Shown: one piece after another, positions 21,963 through 40,237 of the stretch
How the letters are laid out: every line of letters starts with the position of its first letter
Numbering within the stretch: position 1 is the stretch's first letter
From: the human T2T-CHM13v2.0 reference genome, Homo sapiens
Strand: one strand, 5' to 3'
NCBI RefSeq assembly: GCF_009914755.1
Contig: NC_060947.1
DNA: 64,000 bases
Translations under genes and position numbers: made by a program
The notes under the pieces: generated by a model
What the model saw: only the letters and a program-made list of their open reading frames with translations
What the model was told of the DNA's origin: nothing
The model's database searches: none

Positions 21963-22262
21963 GGTGGGTGCAATGGTTCATGCCTGTAATCCTAATGTTT
22001 TGGGAGGCTGAGTGGGAGGATTGCTTGAGGCAGGAGTTTGAGACCAGCCTGGGCAACATAGCAAGATCTTGTCTCTACAAAAAATAAAAATAAAAAAATT
22101 TAGCCAGGCATGGTGGCACCTGCCTGTAGTCCTAGCTACTCAGGAAGCTAAGGTAGGAGGATTGCTAGAGCCCAAGAGTTCAAGGCTGCAGTGAGCTGTG
22201 ATCACACCACTGCACCTCCAGCCTAGGCAATGGAGTGACACCTTGTCTCTTAAAAAAAAAAA
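21963..22262 (+). mobile_element. AluJ
   Basis: Alu; TSD-like aaaag(g/t)aatgaagt. Confidence 0.9.
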
Positions 22263-22549
22263 AAGTAATGAAGTTGTCAGCAAGTTGGCAGAATAGGAGG
22301 TAACTGGTTTCAGTATTCCCCCACCTCCACAGAAATTCCAACTAACAGCTATCTTCAGATAAGAACACCTTTGTGAAAATCTCAAAACTTGTGAATGACA
22401 CTGACACCTCCTTGTGGACCATAGAACCAAGAAAAGCAAAAAAACTCACCTTGTAAGGGTGATACCAACCAATAACCAATACTGACACACAAAGCCAATC
22501 TAGTCACTCCCAAAAAGATGATCAGCAGTTCTATTAGGCTTGAATTCCT

Positions 22550-23300
22550 AGCCAGCCACCCTGCCCAGCCTCAGATCCCATCCCAAGGCTCCACCCAGGT
22601 GGACTGTAGACCACCAGAGTGCACTTCTGTGAAGCATAGCCACTGGCCACATCTAATACATCTAAATACATCTAATACATCTGGTCATGTCTAAATAAAG
22701 ACTGACCAGTGTCTAAGCTCCACATGGTCAGGGCAACACCCACCACCATACACTTCTGCAGAGTATAGCCACTGGCCCTGCATGACCCAGAAGTCTGAAT
22801 AGAGACTTGGCCTAGCCTCTAAGTTCACCTTGAGGCTCCACCTAGGCAAGGAGACACCTGCCATCATGCACTACTGCAGAGCATAGCCATTGGCCCTGCC
22901 CAGGTCAGGAGTCCAAAGAGAGACTCAGCCCAGCCTCTAAGCTCACCCCAAGGCTCTGCCCAGGCAGGGAGAGAACCACCACCACTTCTGCAGGGCATGG
23001 CCCCTGGCCTTGCTTGACCCTGGACTCTAAATAGAGATGTGGTCCAGCATCAGAGCACAGCTAGAGTGCCCCAGAGCAGCAAGGCAAGCAACAACTGATG
23101 TGCCTGTGAACCGTAGTCACTGGTCCCGCCCAACCCAGAAATCTGAACAGTAACTTGGCCCAGCCTCAGAGTTCAGCAAAAGGATACACCCAGGCAGAGA
23201 GACAAGCCTGAAACATGCATTTCTGCAGAGCATAATCTTTGGTCACACCCATCCTGAGAAGCCAAGCAGTGACAACACCCAACTTGGAGCCCAGTGTGCA
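22550..23300 (+). repeat. ~117-bp tandem monomer array (about 6 units) in an L1 5'UTR
   Basis: cacttctgcagagcatagccactggccc-like anchor at ~22622, 22751, 22869, 22983, 23099 and 23218. Confidence 0.8.
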
Positions 23301-23573
23301 GCCCCGCCCAACTTCAGGATACAAACAGCAGTACTGTCAAGTAAGGGAATACTGACTGCAATCCTGCCTGATCAAAGGCAACTACAGTGCCCTGGCACCA
23401 GCTCTACCTGACCTCAGAGACTAGCCAGTGGTCCCTTCATACAGCAGAGTCCAGCCAAGTGCACCACCTGATCTCAGAGCACACGAAGTGACCCTACCTA
23501 ACTAGAGAACCCACCAGAAAGCTATGCCTGCCCATGGTCATTACCAGCTGGCCCATTAAGAATCCCACGTTAA

Positions 23574-23851
23574 GGCTGGGTGTGATGGTTCACGCCTGTC
23601 ATGCCAGCACTTTGGGAGGCCAAGGCAGGCAGATCACAAGGTCAAGAGATTGAGACCATTCTGGCCAACATGGTGAAATGCCGTCTCTACTAAAAATACA
23701 AAAATTAGCTGGGCGTGGTGGTATGAGCCTGTAATCCCAGCTACTCGGGAGGCTGAGACAGGAGAATCATTTAAACCTGGGAGGCGGAGGTTTCAGTGAG
23801 CCAAGATTGCGCCACTGCACTCCAGCCTGGTGACGCAGCGAGACTCTGTTT

Positions 23852-23884
<33 letters not shown>

Positions 23885-23890
23885 AAAAAA
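23574..23890 (+). mobile_element. AluSc-like
   Basis: Full Alu with long A tail; flanks aagaatcccacgttaa / aagaaccccaagctaa. Confidence 0.93.
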
Positions 23891-26800
23891 AAGAACCCCA
23901 AGCTAAAAAAAAGAAAGAAAGAAATTCCAGACTAGACTAAATAGTGAAGGCCTATGCCTGCCAAAGAACACCTGTATAAAGGCAGGAACAGGTGGCCATT
24001 TTCTCAAATGTGCAGACACCCACATAATAACACAAGGATTACAAAGAATCTGGGCATTATGATACCACCAAAGGAAACTAAAGCTTCAATAACAAACCCT
24101 AAAGAAATAGAGAGCTATAAAGTGACTGACAAAGAATTAAGAAAATCCTCTTAAAGATCACTGAACTGTAAGAAAATAGGGACAGAAAATTCAATAAAAT
24201 GTAGAATACAATACACTAACAAAAAGAGAAGTTTGACCCCCAAAATATCTAATTTAAAAAATCCAAATAGAAATCCTAGAGATGAAGGATTAGCTGAATT
24301 GAAAATTTTAATAGAAATCTTCAACAGCAGGCTTGATTAAGCAAAAGAATCAGTGAGCTTGAAGACAGGACATTTGAAATTATCCAAACAGAGGACCAAA
24401 AAATAAAAAAAAAAAGCCTGTGGGAATTATGGAACACCATCAAGAGAACTACCTTTTCCTAATAGAAATTTCACAAGAAGAGAGAGAAAATAATCAAAAA
24501 GCCTATTTTTAAAAAAGGTGGTAGAAAATTTCCCAAATTTGGGGAAAGATGCCAACATACAAGTACAGGAAGCATAGAGGCTTCCAATAAAATTCAACAC
24601 AAAGAGAAGTTCACCAAGGCACATCATAATTAAACTATCAATAATCAAACAACAAATTAGGAAAGTGTCAAGAAGTAAGAAACATATTACATATAAGGGA
24701 GCCACAATACATCTATCAGCTGATTTATCAGCAAAAACCAGGAAAGAGTGGGATAATATACTGAAAGTGCAGAAAGAAAAAAAACCTGCCAGCCAAAACT
24801 ACTCTACCTGGCAAAGCTGTCCTTCAGAAATAAAGGAGAGATAAAGCATTCGCCAGAAAAACAAAAGCTGAGGAGCTCATCACCACCAGACCTGTCTTAC
24901 AAGAAATGAGAAAGGGAATTTTTCAAGCAGAAAGACAGACACTAATAAGTAACATGAAAACATAAAAGTACAAAATTTAATTGTATAAGTAATACATAGT
25001 CATACTCCCAATACTCTAATACTGTAATGGTGGTATATAAATTGAGAGAAGATTCAAATAAAATCAGAAATAAAAGAGGAGACATTACAATTGACATTCT
25101 AGAAATAAAAGAATAATAAGAAATTCTTGTGAACAATTATACCCCAACAAATTGGATAACCTAGAAGAAATTAATAAATTCCTAGACACATACAATTTAA
25201 CAAGACTGAATCATGAAGAAATAGAAAATCTGACCAGACCAATATGAATAGGAAATGGAATCAGTAATGATAAGTTGCTGATTAAAGAAAGCCCAGGGCC
25301 GGATGGCTTCATGCCTGATTAGTACCATTCTCAAACTCTTTCAAAAAAAAAAAAAAAACTGAAGAGGAGGGAGCACTTACAAACTCATTTTAAGAGGCCA
25401 GCATTACACTGATAACCAATGACAGACAAGGACACTACAACAAAGAAAATTACAGGTTAATATCACTGAGGAATAAGGATGCAAAAATTCTCAACAACAT
25501 AGTAGCAAATGAAATTCAAAGCACGTTAAAAGGATCATTCACCATGATCAAGTGGGATTTATCCCTAGGATGCAAGGATGGTTCCTCATATGCAAATTTA
25601 GAAATGTGATACACCACATTAATAGAATAGAGGATTAAAAACATGATTATCTAAGTAGATGCAGAAAAAAACATTTGACAAAATTCAACATGTTTTTATG
25701 ATTTAAAACAACTCTTAACAAATTAGGTATAAAAGAGATGTACTTCAACACAATAAGGCCATATATAACAAACCCACAGCTAACATCATACACAAAGATA
25801 AAAAGTTGAGAGCTTTTCTTCTAAGGTCAGGAACAAGACAAGAATGCCCCCCTTTACCACTCTATTCTCTATAATACTGGAAGTACTAGCCAGAGCAATT
25901 AGACCAGAATAAAAGGCATCCGAATTGGAAAGAAAGATGTTAAATTGTCTTTGTTCTTGACGACATGATCATATATATAGAAAATCCCAAGGACTCTACC
26001 AAAAAAAGTTCAAACTGATAAATACAATAAAGTTTTAAGACACAAAATCAACATACAAAAATAAGTAGCATTTCTATATACTAATGAACAAGTATCCAAA
26101 AAAGAAATCAAGAAAACAATCCCATTTACAATAGCTACAAAAATAAAATACTTAGGAATAAATTTATTTATAGAGATCTTAGACCTGCATGCTGAAAACT
26201 ATGAAACAATAATGAAAACACTGAAGAAGATTTAAAAAAAATGGAAAGGTATCCTGTGTTCATGGAGTGGAAGAATTGATTTTGTTAAAATGTCCATACT
26301 ACCCAACATAATCTACAGATTCAATGCAATCACTATCAAAATTCCAATGACATTTTACACAGAAACAGAAAAAAATTCTAAAGTTTGTATGAAACCACAA
26401 AAGACCCAGAATAACCAAAGCAATCTTGAGCAAAAAGAACAAAACTGGTGACATCTTACTACCTGACTTCAAAATACATTACAAAGCTATATTAATTAAA
26501 ACCGCATAGTACTGGTATAAAAACAGACATATCGACCAGTGGAACAGAATGGAGAGCCCAGAAATAAACCCATACATTTACAGTCATTTGATTTTTGACA
26601 AATATGCTAATAACACACAATGAAGAAAAAAACAATTCTCTTTAATAAATGATGTTAGGAAAACTGGATATACACATGCAGAAGAAAGAACTTGGACACT
26701 TACATCATATACAAAAACAAACTCAAAATGGATTAAAGACTTAAATGTAAGCTCTGAAGCTGTAAAAGTCGTTTGAAGAAAACATAGGTGGAAAACTCCA

Positions 26801-27540
26801 CATTGGTCTACACAATGATTTTTGGCTATGATCCCAAAAGCATATGCAACAAAAGCAAAAGTAGAGAAATAGAATTGCATCAAACTAAAAAGCTTCAGTA
26901 ACACAAAGAAAATAATTAACAGAGTGAAGAGACAACCTATAGAATGGGAGAAAATATTTGCAAGCCATATAACTAATAAGGGATTAATATCCAAAATATA
27001 TAAGGAATTCAAACAACTCAATAGCAATAAAGCAAATAACCAAATTTAAAAATGGGCAAAGGGCCTAAATAGACATTTCTCAAAAGAAGGCATACAAATG
27101 GCCAACAGGTATATGAAAAAATGTTCAACTTCACCCATCATGCAAGGAAAATGCAAATTAAAGTCACAATGAGGTATCACTTCACACTTGTTAAAATACC
27201 TATCATCAAAAAGACAGAAGATAAGTGTTGGTGAGGATATGGGGAAAAGGGAACCCTTGCACACTGTTGTTGGGAATGTAAGTTAGTACACCCATTATGG
27301 AAAACAGTATGGAGGTTTTTCAGAAAATTAAAAATAGAACTACCAAACAATTCAGCAATCTCTCTACTGGGTATATAGCCCAAGGAAATGAAATCAGTAT
27401 GTTGACTAGATATCTGCACTCACATGCTTAATGGAATCAACCTAAGTGCCCATCAGTGGATGAATGGATAAAGAAAATGTGGCACATATATACGCACAAT
27501 AGAATACTCTTCAGCCTTAAAAAAGAAGGAAATCCCATAA

Positions 27541-27984
<444 letters not shown>

Positions 27985-28294
27985 TAGAAGCAGAAAATAG
28001 AATGGTGGATATCAGGTGCTGGGGGTGGGAGGTTGCTGGTCAAAAGTACAAAATTGATTTTAGATTGGAGAAACAAGAGATCTATGGTACAACATGGTGA
28101 CTATAATTAATAACAATATATTGAATTCATGAAAATCACTAAGAGAGTAGATTTTAAGTGTTCTTACTATAAAAAATGGTATGTATATAATGCATATGTT
28201 AATTAGCTCAATGTAGCTATTCCACAATATATGCATATTTCAAAACATCATATTGTATACAATAAACATATATGGTTTTTATATACAATTTTTA

Positions 28295-28515
28295 TGCATG
28301 ACTCCACTTGTATGAGGTATCTAAAATAGTCAAACACATAGAAGCAGAGAGTAGAATGGTTGTTGCCAGAGGCTGAGAGAGTGGGAAATAGGGAGTTGGT
28401 GTTCAATGGGTATAAAATTCCAGTTATGTGTGATGATAATTTCTAGAGATCTGCTATATAACATTGTGCCTATAGTTAACAAAACTGTATTATATACTTA
28501 AAAGTTTAAGAGGTT
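28295..28515 (+). mobile_element. L1MA9/L1MB-type 3'UTR fragment
   Basis: ccacttgtatgaggtatctaaaatagtcaaac...ttctagagatctgct. Confidence 0.7.
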
Positions 28516-28849
28516 ATCACAGGGTTGTTGTAAGAACTAAAAAATTGTCAACCTAGAAGTTCTTAGCACAGCCAAGAAATTTTTTATGTTACTTTTTTTA
28601 TTAAATGATGTTCATTTTTGTTATCAATGTAAAAAATTTAGGCAGTTAAATCATATGTGAGGTATATTTTTGATACCACAATCATATGATTTAATTAAGC
28701 ATTACAGAATTTTAATAGAAGTTCTAATCCATGTTTCAAAGAGTTGAGTCTGTAAAATTGCATAACAATTTTATATCTTAAATTTATATTACTGTATCCT
28801 CAATGGTCCTCATTCTCATTTAGACAGTATGCTCCCAATATGCTTTAAA

Positions 28850-29070
28850 AAAATTATTATGGGTACATAATAGTTGTATATATTTATGGAGTACATATGA
28901 TGTTTTGATACAAGCACGCAATGTGTAATGATCAAATCAGGGTAATTGGTGTATCCATCACCTTAAGCATTTATCATTTCTTTTTAGTAGGAACATTCCA
29001 ATTCCACCCTGTTGGTTATGTTTAAATACACAATATATTATTGTTAACTATAGTCACTCTATTTTACCAC
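28850..29070 (-). mobile_element. L1MA-type 3' end
   Basis: gggtacataatagttgtatatatttatgg...atcagggtaattgg, the antisense of an L1MA terminus. Confidence 0.8.
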
Positions 29071-29639
29071 ACTGAAAAATCTTTTTCAAGGTTGATAAGT
29101 ACAGTTTTAGATTTTACAACTAGATGTCTTGGCACTGTGAGATAGTCTTAAAAGATACAGAAAAAATACTTGAAATGTAAGCCAACAATATAGACTGTAG
29201 TAACATTTCTGGATTAGATGCTAACAGATGGTGTCAATAATTCTGGAGCCTGAAAAAATGTATACTGATTTGGCTAAATTCATTTTTGTTTATAAGTAAA
29301 TTGCTTTCCAACCAATTCACAAAAAACTTAGATTTAGTTTGTGGGGCTTTTTATCTAACATTAATTGTCTCCTTACCAAAAAAAATTTGTCTTCAACATG
29401 CTGCCCAGGAAGAGGTTAAACAATGGACACATATATAGTACATGGCAAAATTACTCTACAGTTTATGAACTAAATTGTTGTCTTCTATAAGTCTATTTTT
29501 GGATAGCTACAGAGAATATTATTGTCAGTCAGTGAGTAACAAAATCATAGCTGATAAAACCAAGTCAAAGCACGCCAGATCATTTTCTTCTCTCATCTTT
29601 GAGGTTTGTGCCATAAAATATATAATACCATCTGATAAT

Positions 29640-29850
29640 GCACTTGTGTAGCATCTCACTGATTAGAAAAGTGTTCACATCTCATCTGATCCTCACAACA
29701 ATCCTGTGAATAGACAAAATTATCCAGAACTTACAGATGAGGAAACTAATATTTAAAGAACTTAAGTGATTTGCCCATTTGCCTCACAATGAGAAAAGGC
29801 AGTTCCAGGATTCAAACACAAGTCTGCTGATTCTGATCCCTTTACTGCCC
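29640..29850 (-). mobile_element. MIR
   Basis: cctcacaacaatcctgtga...ttacagatgaggaaact. Confidence 0.75.
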
Positions 29851-30209
29851 CAGAGCTGCCATGCTTTACCTTGTGAAGGATATATTAGGCCTCATAGCAA
29901 CAACCTATTGCTCCATCAGTAACTAAACCATCCTGATTAAAAGTCCAAAATAGATGTTTCTTATGCTGAACTCTGCTCCAATGGAAAGAGTTATAGTAAG
30001 TGCTACAATTTTAAAATTTTTTGACATTTTAGTTATGATTTCCCAGAATATGTATCAATATGTGTCACGAGGACAGATAAGCTATGTCATTGTCTGATCT
30101 GGGTAACTGAATTGAGCACTAAGCCCTATGTATTTTCTTATTTGCAGAAGAAACAATGTATAATAAATATATGACTTGTGTCACCCCATAATAATAATTA
30201 CATGCAAGA

Positions 30210-30520
30210 ATAATAATAATACCTGTATTATTAGATACAGATACTGAGCATCTATAATAAGCCATATTCTGTTGGGCACTCTATGTACATTTCCTCACAG
30301 AATCATCTGTGAAGTATGTGTGCGTATATATATGTATCTATAAATAGATACATATATATTCTTGTGAGTAATATAACTATTTCTCTCATTTTACAGATGA
30401 GGTAACCAGTGGCCAGAGAGATGTAATAATTAGATTGAGACCATATAGCTAATAAGTGGGAAAGCTGGGATTTACACGGAGACTGACTCCAAAATAAATT
30501 CTGTTAACCGATACGCTTCT
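30210..30520 (-). mobile_element. MIR with internal (TA)-rich tract
   Basis: ttttacagatgaggtaacc...gctaataagtggg. Confidence 0.65.
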
Positions 30521-31704
30521 AACACAAGAGTATGAAACCATGTATGGTTTCAAAAATGAAAGGATTTTTTAATTTAAAAAATGAATGAATAAATAAATAA
30601 ATAATAAAAGCAGGAGCACTTAGTCAAATTATGGGTTATTTTTAAAACAACCTTTAAGGGATCATTTCTTAATCAGTAATTTTACAGAATTCTCTCTCTC
30701 CCTCCCCCTCGTCTCTCTCTATATGTATACTTTCTAGTATAATAGAATCTATCCCTCTCTATGCATCTATATAGAGACATATGTATCTACACACATATAT
30801 ATTTAATACTTTCTAGTTCACATTCATTTTTTTCCATAATTTCAGAGAAATTGTAAGTGCATAGTGGTACTTTCAATTCCATTACAACCCTACAAGATAC
30901 TTCCTGCCTTCACCCATTTTATGATTTTGTCACCCTTCTTAAAATGAGAAGCCTAGTTCTCAACAATATTAACTCATTTAATCCAATACACACAGAATAG
31001 TGTATATCTGCCTGTATGTTTGTAACCATTAATCAACTTCTCTTTCTTGTCTCCCACCCACACACTCTTCCCAGCCTCCAGTAACTATCATTCTATTCTC
31101 TATCTCAATTAGATCAATTTTTATAGCTCCCACATGTGCATGAGAATGTGAAATATTTGTCTTTCTGTGCCTGGCTTATTTCACTCAACATAATGTCCTC
31201 CAGTTCCAACCAAGTTGTTGCAAATGACACAATTTCATTCTTTTTATGGCTGAATATAATAGTATTCCATTGTGTGTATATAACACATTTTCTTTATCCA
31301 TTCATCCATTGATGGACACTTAGGTTGGTTCCATACCTTTGTTATTGTGAATAATACTGCAATAAACAATTGAGTGCAGGTATCTCTTTGCTATACTCAT
31401 TTCTGTTCTTTTGGATGGACACCAGTAGTGGGATTGCCAGATCGTATGGTAGTTCCTTTTTTAGTTTTTTTGAGAAATCTCCATACTGTTTTCCATAGTG
31501 ATTGAACTAATTTACATTCCCACCAACAGTGTACAAGAGTTCCCTTTTCTCCACATCCTTGCCAGCATCTGTTATTTTTTGTCTTTATAATAATAGCCAT
31601 TCTAACTGGAGGAAGATGATAGTTCATTGTGGTTTTTGATTTGCATTTCCCTGGTGATTAGTGATGAACATTTTTTAATATGCCTGTTGGCCAGTTGTAT
31701 GTCT

Positions 31705-31912
31705 TCCTTCTTCTTCCTCTTCCTCTTCCTCTTTTTCTTCGTCTTCATCTTTCTTCTTCTTCTTCTTCTTTTTTGACAGGGTCTTGCTATGTCACCAAGG
31801 CTGGAGTGCAGTTGTGTGATCATAGCTCGCTGCAGCCTCAAACTCCAGGCCTCAAACAATCCTCTACCTCCCAAAGTGTTGGGATTACAGGTGTGAGCCA
31901 CTCTGCCTGGCC
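31705..31912 (-). mobile_element. Free Alu monomer (FAM/FRAM-like) with (CTT)n tail
   Basis: Single-arm Alu; TSD tgtatgtc. Confidence 0.8.
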
Positions 31913-33524
31913 TGTATGTCTCCTTTATAGAATTATCCATTCATGTTCTTTGCCCACTTTTCAATAGGATTTTTTTTTTATTGCTCACTTGTTTGATTTC
32001 CTTGTTCTGGATATTATTCCCTTGTCAGATGAATAGTTTGCAAATATTTTCACCCACTCAACAGGTTATCTCTTCACTCTATTGATTGTTTCTTTTGCTA
32101 TGCAGAAGTTATCAGTTTAATATACTCCCATTTGTCCATTTTTTAAAATTGTCTGTGCTTTTAAGGCCCTAGCCATAAAATCTTTGCCTAGACCAATATC
32201 CTGAAGTATTTTCCATACATTTTCTCCTAGTGGTTTCATAGTTTGGGGTCTTATGGTTAAGTCTTTAATCCATCTTGATTTGATTTTTGTATATGGTGAG
32301 AGAGAGGGGTCCACTTTCATTCTTCTGCATATGGATATCCAATTTTCCCAGCATCACTTATTGAAGAGGGTGTCCTTTCCCCAGTGTATGTTCTTGACGC
32401 CCCTGTCAAAAATCAGTTGGCTGTAAATATGTGGATTTACTTATGGGTTCTCTTTTCTGTTCCATTGGTCTATGTGTCTATTTTTATACTAATACCATGT
32501 TGTCTTGATTACCATAGTCTTGTAATATATTTTGAAGTCAGGTAGTGTGATGCATCCAGCTTTGTTTTTTGTGGGTTTTTTGGGTTTGGGGGTTTTGTTT
32601 GTTTGTTTGTTTGTTTGTTTGTTTTGCTTTTGCTTAGGATTGCTTTGGCTATTTGGGCTCTTTCTTGATTCCATATGAATTTTAGGATTATTTTTTCTAT
32701 TTTCATGAAAAATGACATTGGTATGTTGGTAAGAATTACACTGAATCTGTCACTGCTTTGGGCAGTATGGTCATTTTAACAAAACTAATTCTTCTGATCC
32801 ATGAGCATCGGATATCTTCCCATTAGTTTATGTCATCTTCAATTTCTTTCATCAGTGTCTTGTAGATTTCCTTGTGGGGATCTTTTATCTCTTTGGTTAA
32901 ATTTTTTCCTAGGTATTTTATTTTTTGTAGCTATTGTAAATGGGATTGCCTTCTTTATTTCTTTGTTGTCTATTTCATTACTAGTGTATAGAAATACTAC
33001 TGATTATTGTATGTTGATTTTGTATCCTGCAGTTTTACGGAATTTGTTGATCAGTTCTAAGAGTTCTTTGGTGGAGTCTTTTGGTTTTCTAGATATAAGA
33101 TCAGGTCATCTGCAAAGTGGAGCAATCTGACTTCCTCTTTCCCAATTTGGATGCCTTTTTCTTGCCTGATTGCTCTGGCTAGGACTTCCACTACAATGTT
33201 GAATAGGAGTGGTGAAAGTGGGCACCCTCGTCTTGTTCCAGTTCTTAGAGAAAAGGTTTTCACCTTTTCTCCAATCAGTATGATGATATTAGCTATAGAT
33301 ATGTCATATATGACCTTAATTATTTTGAGGTATAATATTTGTATGCCTAGTTTGTCCACAGTTTTTTCATCATGAAGGGGTGTTGAATTTTGTCAAATGC
33401 TTTTTGTATGTTTATTGAGATTATCGTATGGTTTTTTCCTTCATTCTGTTGATATGATGTATCATGTTTTTTGATTTGTATATATTGAAGCATCCTTGCA
33501 TCCCTGGTAAAAATCTTACTTGAT

Positions 33525-34046
33525 CAATCCCATTGCTGGGTATATACCCAAAGGATTATAAATCATTCCACTATAAAGACACATGCACACGTGTGTTTAT
33601 TGCAGTTCTATCACAATAGCAAAGACTTGGAACCAACCCAAATGCCCATCAATGATAGACTGAATAAAGAAAATGTGGCACATATACACCATGGAATACT
33701 ATGCAGCCATAAAAAAGGATGAGTTCATGGCCTTTAATGGGACATGGATGAAGCTGGAAACCATCATTCTCAGCAAACTAACACAGGAACAGAAAACCAA
33801 ACACTGCATTCTCTCACTCATAAGTGGGAGTTGAACACTGAGAACACATGGACACAGGGAGGGGAACATCACACACCGGGGCCTGTCAAGGGGTAGGGGG
33901 AAGGGGAGGGATAGCATTAGGAGAAATACCTAATGTAGATGATGGGTTGATGGGTGCAGCAAACCACCATGGCACGTGTATACCTATGTAACAAACCTGC
34001 ACGTTCTGCACATGTATCTCAAAATTTAAAGTATAATTTAAAAAAA
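33525..34046 (+). mobile_element. L1PA7/8-like 3' fragment inserted into the antisense L1
   Basis: L1PA 3'UTR and A tail; TSD aaaa(t)cttacttgat at ~33510-33524 and ~34045-34058. Confidence 0.9.
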
Positions 34047-35613
34047 AACTTACTTGATTGAGGTGTATTATCTTTTTCATATGCTGTTGGATTTGGTTTG
34101 TTAGTATTTTGTTGAGGATTTTGCATCTATGTTCATCAGGGATATTGTCTGTAGTTTTATGTTGTACTCTTGTCTGGTTTTGTTATAAGGGTTATGCTGG
34201 CCTCATAGAATTAGTTAGGGAGAATTCCCTTCTCTTCAGTTTGTTTGAATAGTTTGAGAAGGATTGGTATTAGTTCTTTATACAAGTTCAGCAGTGAATC
34301 CATGTGTTCCTTGGCTTTTTATTGTTAGGAGACTTTTTATTATGGATTCAATCTCACTACTCATTATTGGTCTGTTCAGGTTTTCTATTTCTTCCTGACT
34401 CAAGCTTGGTAGGTTGTATGTTTCCAGGAATTTATCCATTTCCTCTAGATTTTCCAGTTTATTAGCGTATAGTTGTTTACAATAGTCTCTGATGATCTTC
34501 TGTGTTTTTTATGGTATCAATTGTAATATCCCCTTTTTTATTTCTGATTTTGTTTATTTGGGTCTTTTCTTTTCCTGGTTAATTTAGCTAATAGTTCATC
34601 AATTTTATCTTTTTGAAGAACCAACTTTCGTTTCATCGAAGCTTTGTATTGTTTTTCTTTAATTCTCTATTTCATTTAGTTCTGCTCTTATCTTTTATTA
34701 TTTCTCTTCTTTTGCTACCTTTGGGCTTGGTTTATTCTTTTCTAATTCCTTGAGGTGCTTTGTTAGATTGTTTATTTCAAATCTTTTTTTTAATGTAGGC
34801 ATGTATTGCTATAAACTTCCCTTTTAGCACTGCTTTCCCTGTGTTCTATAAATTTGGGTATGTTGTATTGCCATTTTCATTTGTTTTAAGAAATTTTCTG
34901 ATTTATCTCTTAATTTCTTTATTGACTGAATAATTGCTCAGAAGCTTGTTGTTTAACTTCCATGCATTTGTATAGTTTCAAGGTTCCTCTTGGTATTGAT
35001 TTCTAGTTTTATTCCCCTGTGGTCTGAAAAGACACTTGATATGATTTCAACTTTTTAAAAATTTGTTGAGACTTCTTTTGTGATCACATGGTCAATCCTG
35101 GAGAACGTTCCATATGCTGATGAGAAGAATATGTATTCTATAGCTGTTTGATAAAATGCTCTATAAATGTCTGTTATGTCCATTTGGTCTAAAGTCCAGT
35201 TTAAATCCAATGTTTCTCTTTTGATTTTCTGTCTAGATCATCTGTCTAATGCTGAGAGTGGGGTGTTGAAGTCCCCCACCATTCTTGTGTTGAAGTTTAT
35301 TCCTTTCTTTAGATCCAGTAATATTTGCCTTAGGAATCTAGGTGCTCAGTGTTGGGTGAATATATTTTAGAATTGTTATATTCTCTTGCTGGATTGATCA
35401 CTTTATTATTATATAATGACCTTCTTTGTATCTTTTGTTTTACTGTTTTTTACTTAAAGTCTGTTTTATCTGATATAAGCATAGCTACTCCTGATTGCTT
35501 TTGGTTTCTGTTTCCATGGAATATCTTTTCCCATCCCTTTACTTTCCATCTATATATATGTATTTACAGGTAAAGTGCATTTCTTGTAGACAGCACATAA
35601 TTGGATCATTTAA

Positions 35614-38656
<3,043 letters not shown>

Positions 38657-38817
38657 TGTGTTGTGGGGTGGGGGGAGGGGGGAGGGATAGCATTAGGAGA
38701 TATACCTAAATGACAAGTTAATGGGTGCAGCACACCAACATGGCACATGTATACATATGTAACAAACCTGCACATTGTGCACATGTACCCTAGAACTTAA
38801 AGTGTAATAAAAAAAAA
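38657..38817 (+). mobile_element. ~160-bp L1PA4/5-like 3' terminus without TSD
   Basis: G-tract, ...cacatgtaccctagaacttaaagt, then A tail. Confidence 0.9.
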
Positions 38818-39557
38818 TCAATTGACTGTAAATGTGTGGGTTTATTTTTGGGCTCTCTATTCTGTTCCACGGGTCAATGTGTCTGTTTTATGTCAGTACC
38901 ATGCTGTTTTGATTACTATCACTTTGTAGCGTATTTTGAAGTCAGGTAATGTGATGTCACCAGTTTTAGTCTTTTGCTCAAGATTGCTTTGGCCACTCTG
39001 AGTTTTTTGTGGTTTCATATGAATTTTAGGATTGTTTTTCTATTTCTGTGAAAAATGTCATTGGAATTTTGATAGGAATTGCATTGAATCTATAGATCAT
39101 GTTGGCTAGAATGAACATTTTAACAATATTAATTCTTCCAATCCACAAACACCTTTTCATATTGTTTTTTGGATCTTCTTCAACATTTTCATCAATGTTT
39201 CATAGTATTCAGAATACAGGTCTTTCATCTGTATAATTAAATTTATTCCTAAGTATTTTATTTTTTGGTAGCTATTGCAAATGGGATTGTTTTCTTGATT
39301 TTTACGGATAGTTCCTCATTACTCAAAATCATACAAAATCATACTGATTGTATGCTGATTTTGTATGCTGCAACTTTACTGAATTTGTTTATTAGTTCAA
39401 ATTTTTTTTGGTAGAGTCTTTATGGTTTTCTGTGTATATCACTCTGTTGTCTATAAGCAGAAACAATTTAATCTCTTTCTTTCCAATTCAGATGTGTTTT
39501 TTTCTGGCCTAATTGCTCTTGCTAGGACTTCCAGTACTATAGAGAATAGAGTAGTAA

Positions 39558-39867
<310 letters not shown>

Positions 39868-40237
39868 AGAGAATAGAGTAGTAAAAGGAGACATCCTTGT
39901 CTTGCTCCTGATTTTAGAGGAAAAACTTCCAGTTTTTTAACATTGAATGTAGTGTTACTGGTGGGTTTATCATATGTGACCTTTATTGTGTTCAGGTACA
40001 TTCTTTCTATATCTAATTTGTTGAGAATTTTTATTACGAAAGGATGTTGAATTTTGTCAAATGCTTTTTCTGCATCTATTGAGATGATCATATGGTTTTT
40101 GTCTTTCATTCTGTTAATGTGATATCACATTTATTTATTGATTTTCATATGTTGATCTAGCCTTGCTTTCCAGGGATAAATCTCACCTAGCCATGGTGTA
40201 TAATCCTTTAATGTGCTGTTTAATTCAATTAGCTAGG

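Noticed and set aside
30128-30200. Possible splice acceptor ttttcttatttgcag followed by AATAAA (also ttttgttctcag at ~44056-44067)
   Set aside because: No supporting ORF or donor site; such motifs are expected by chance in AT-rich DNA
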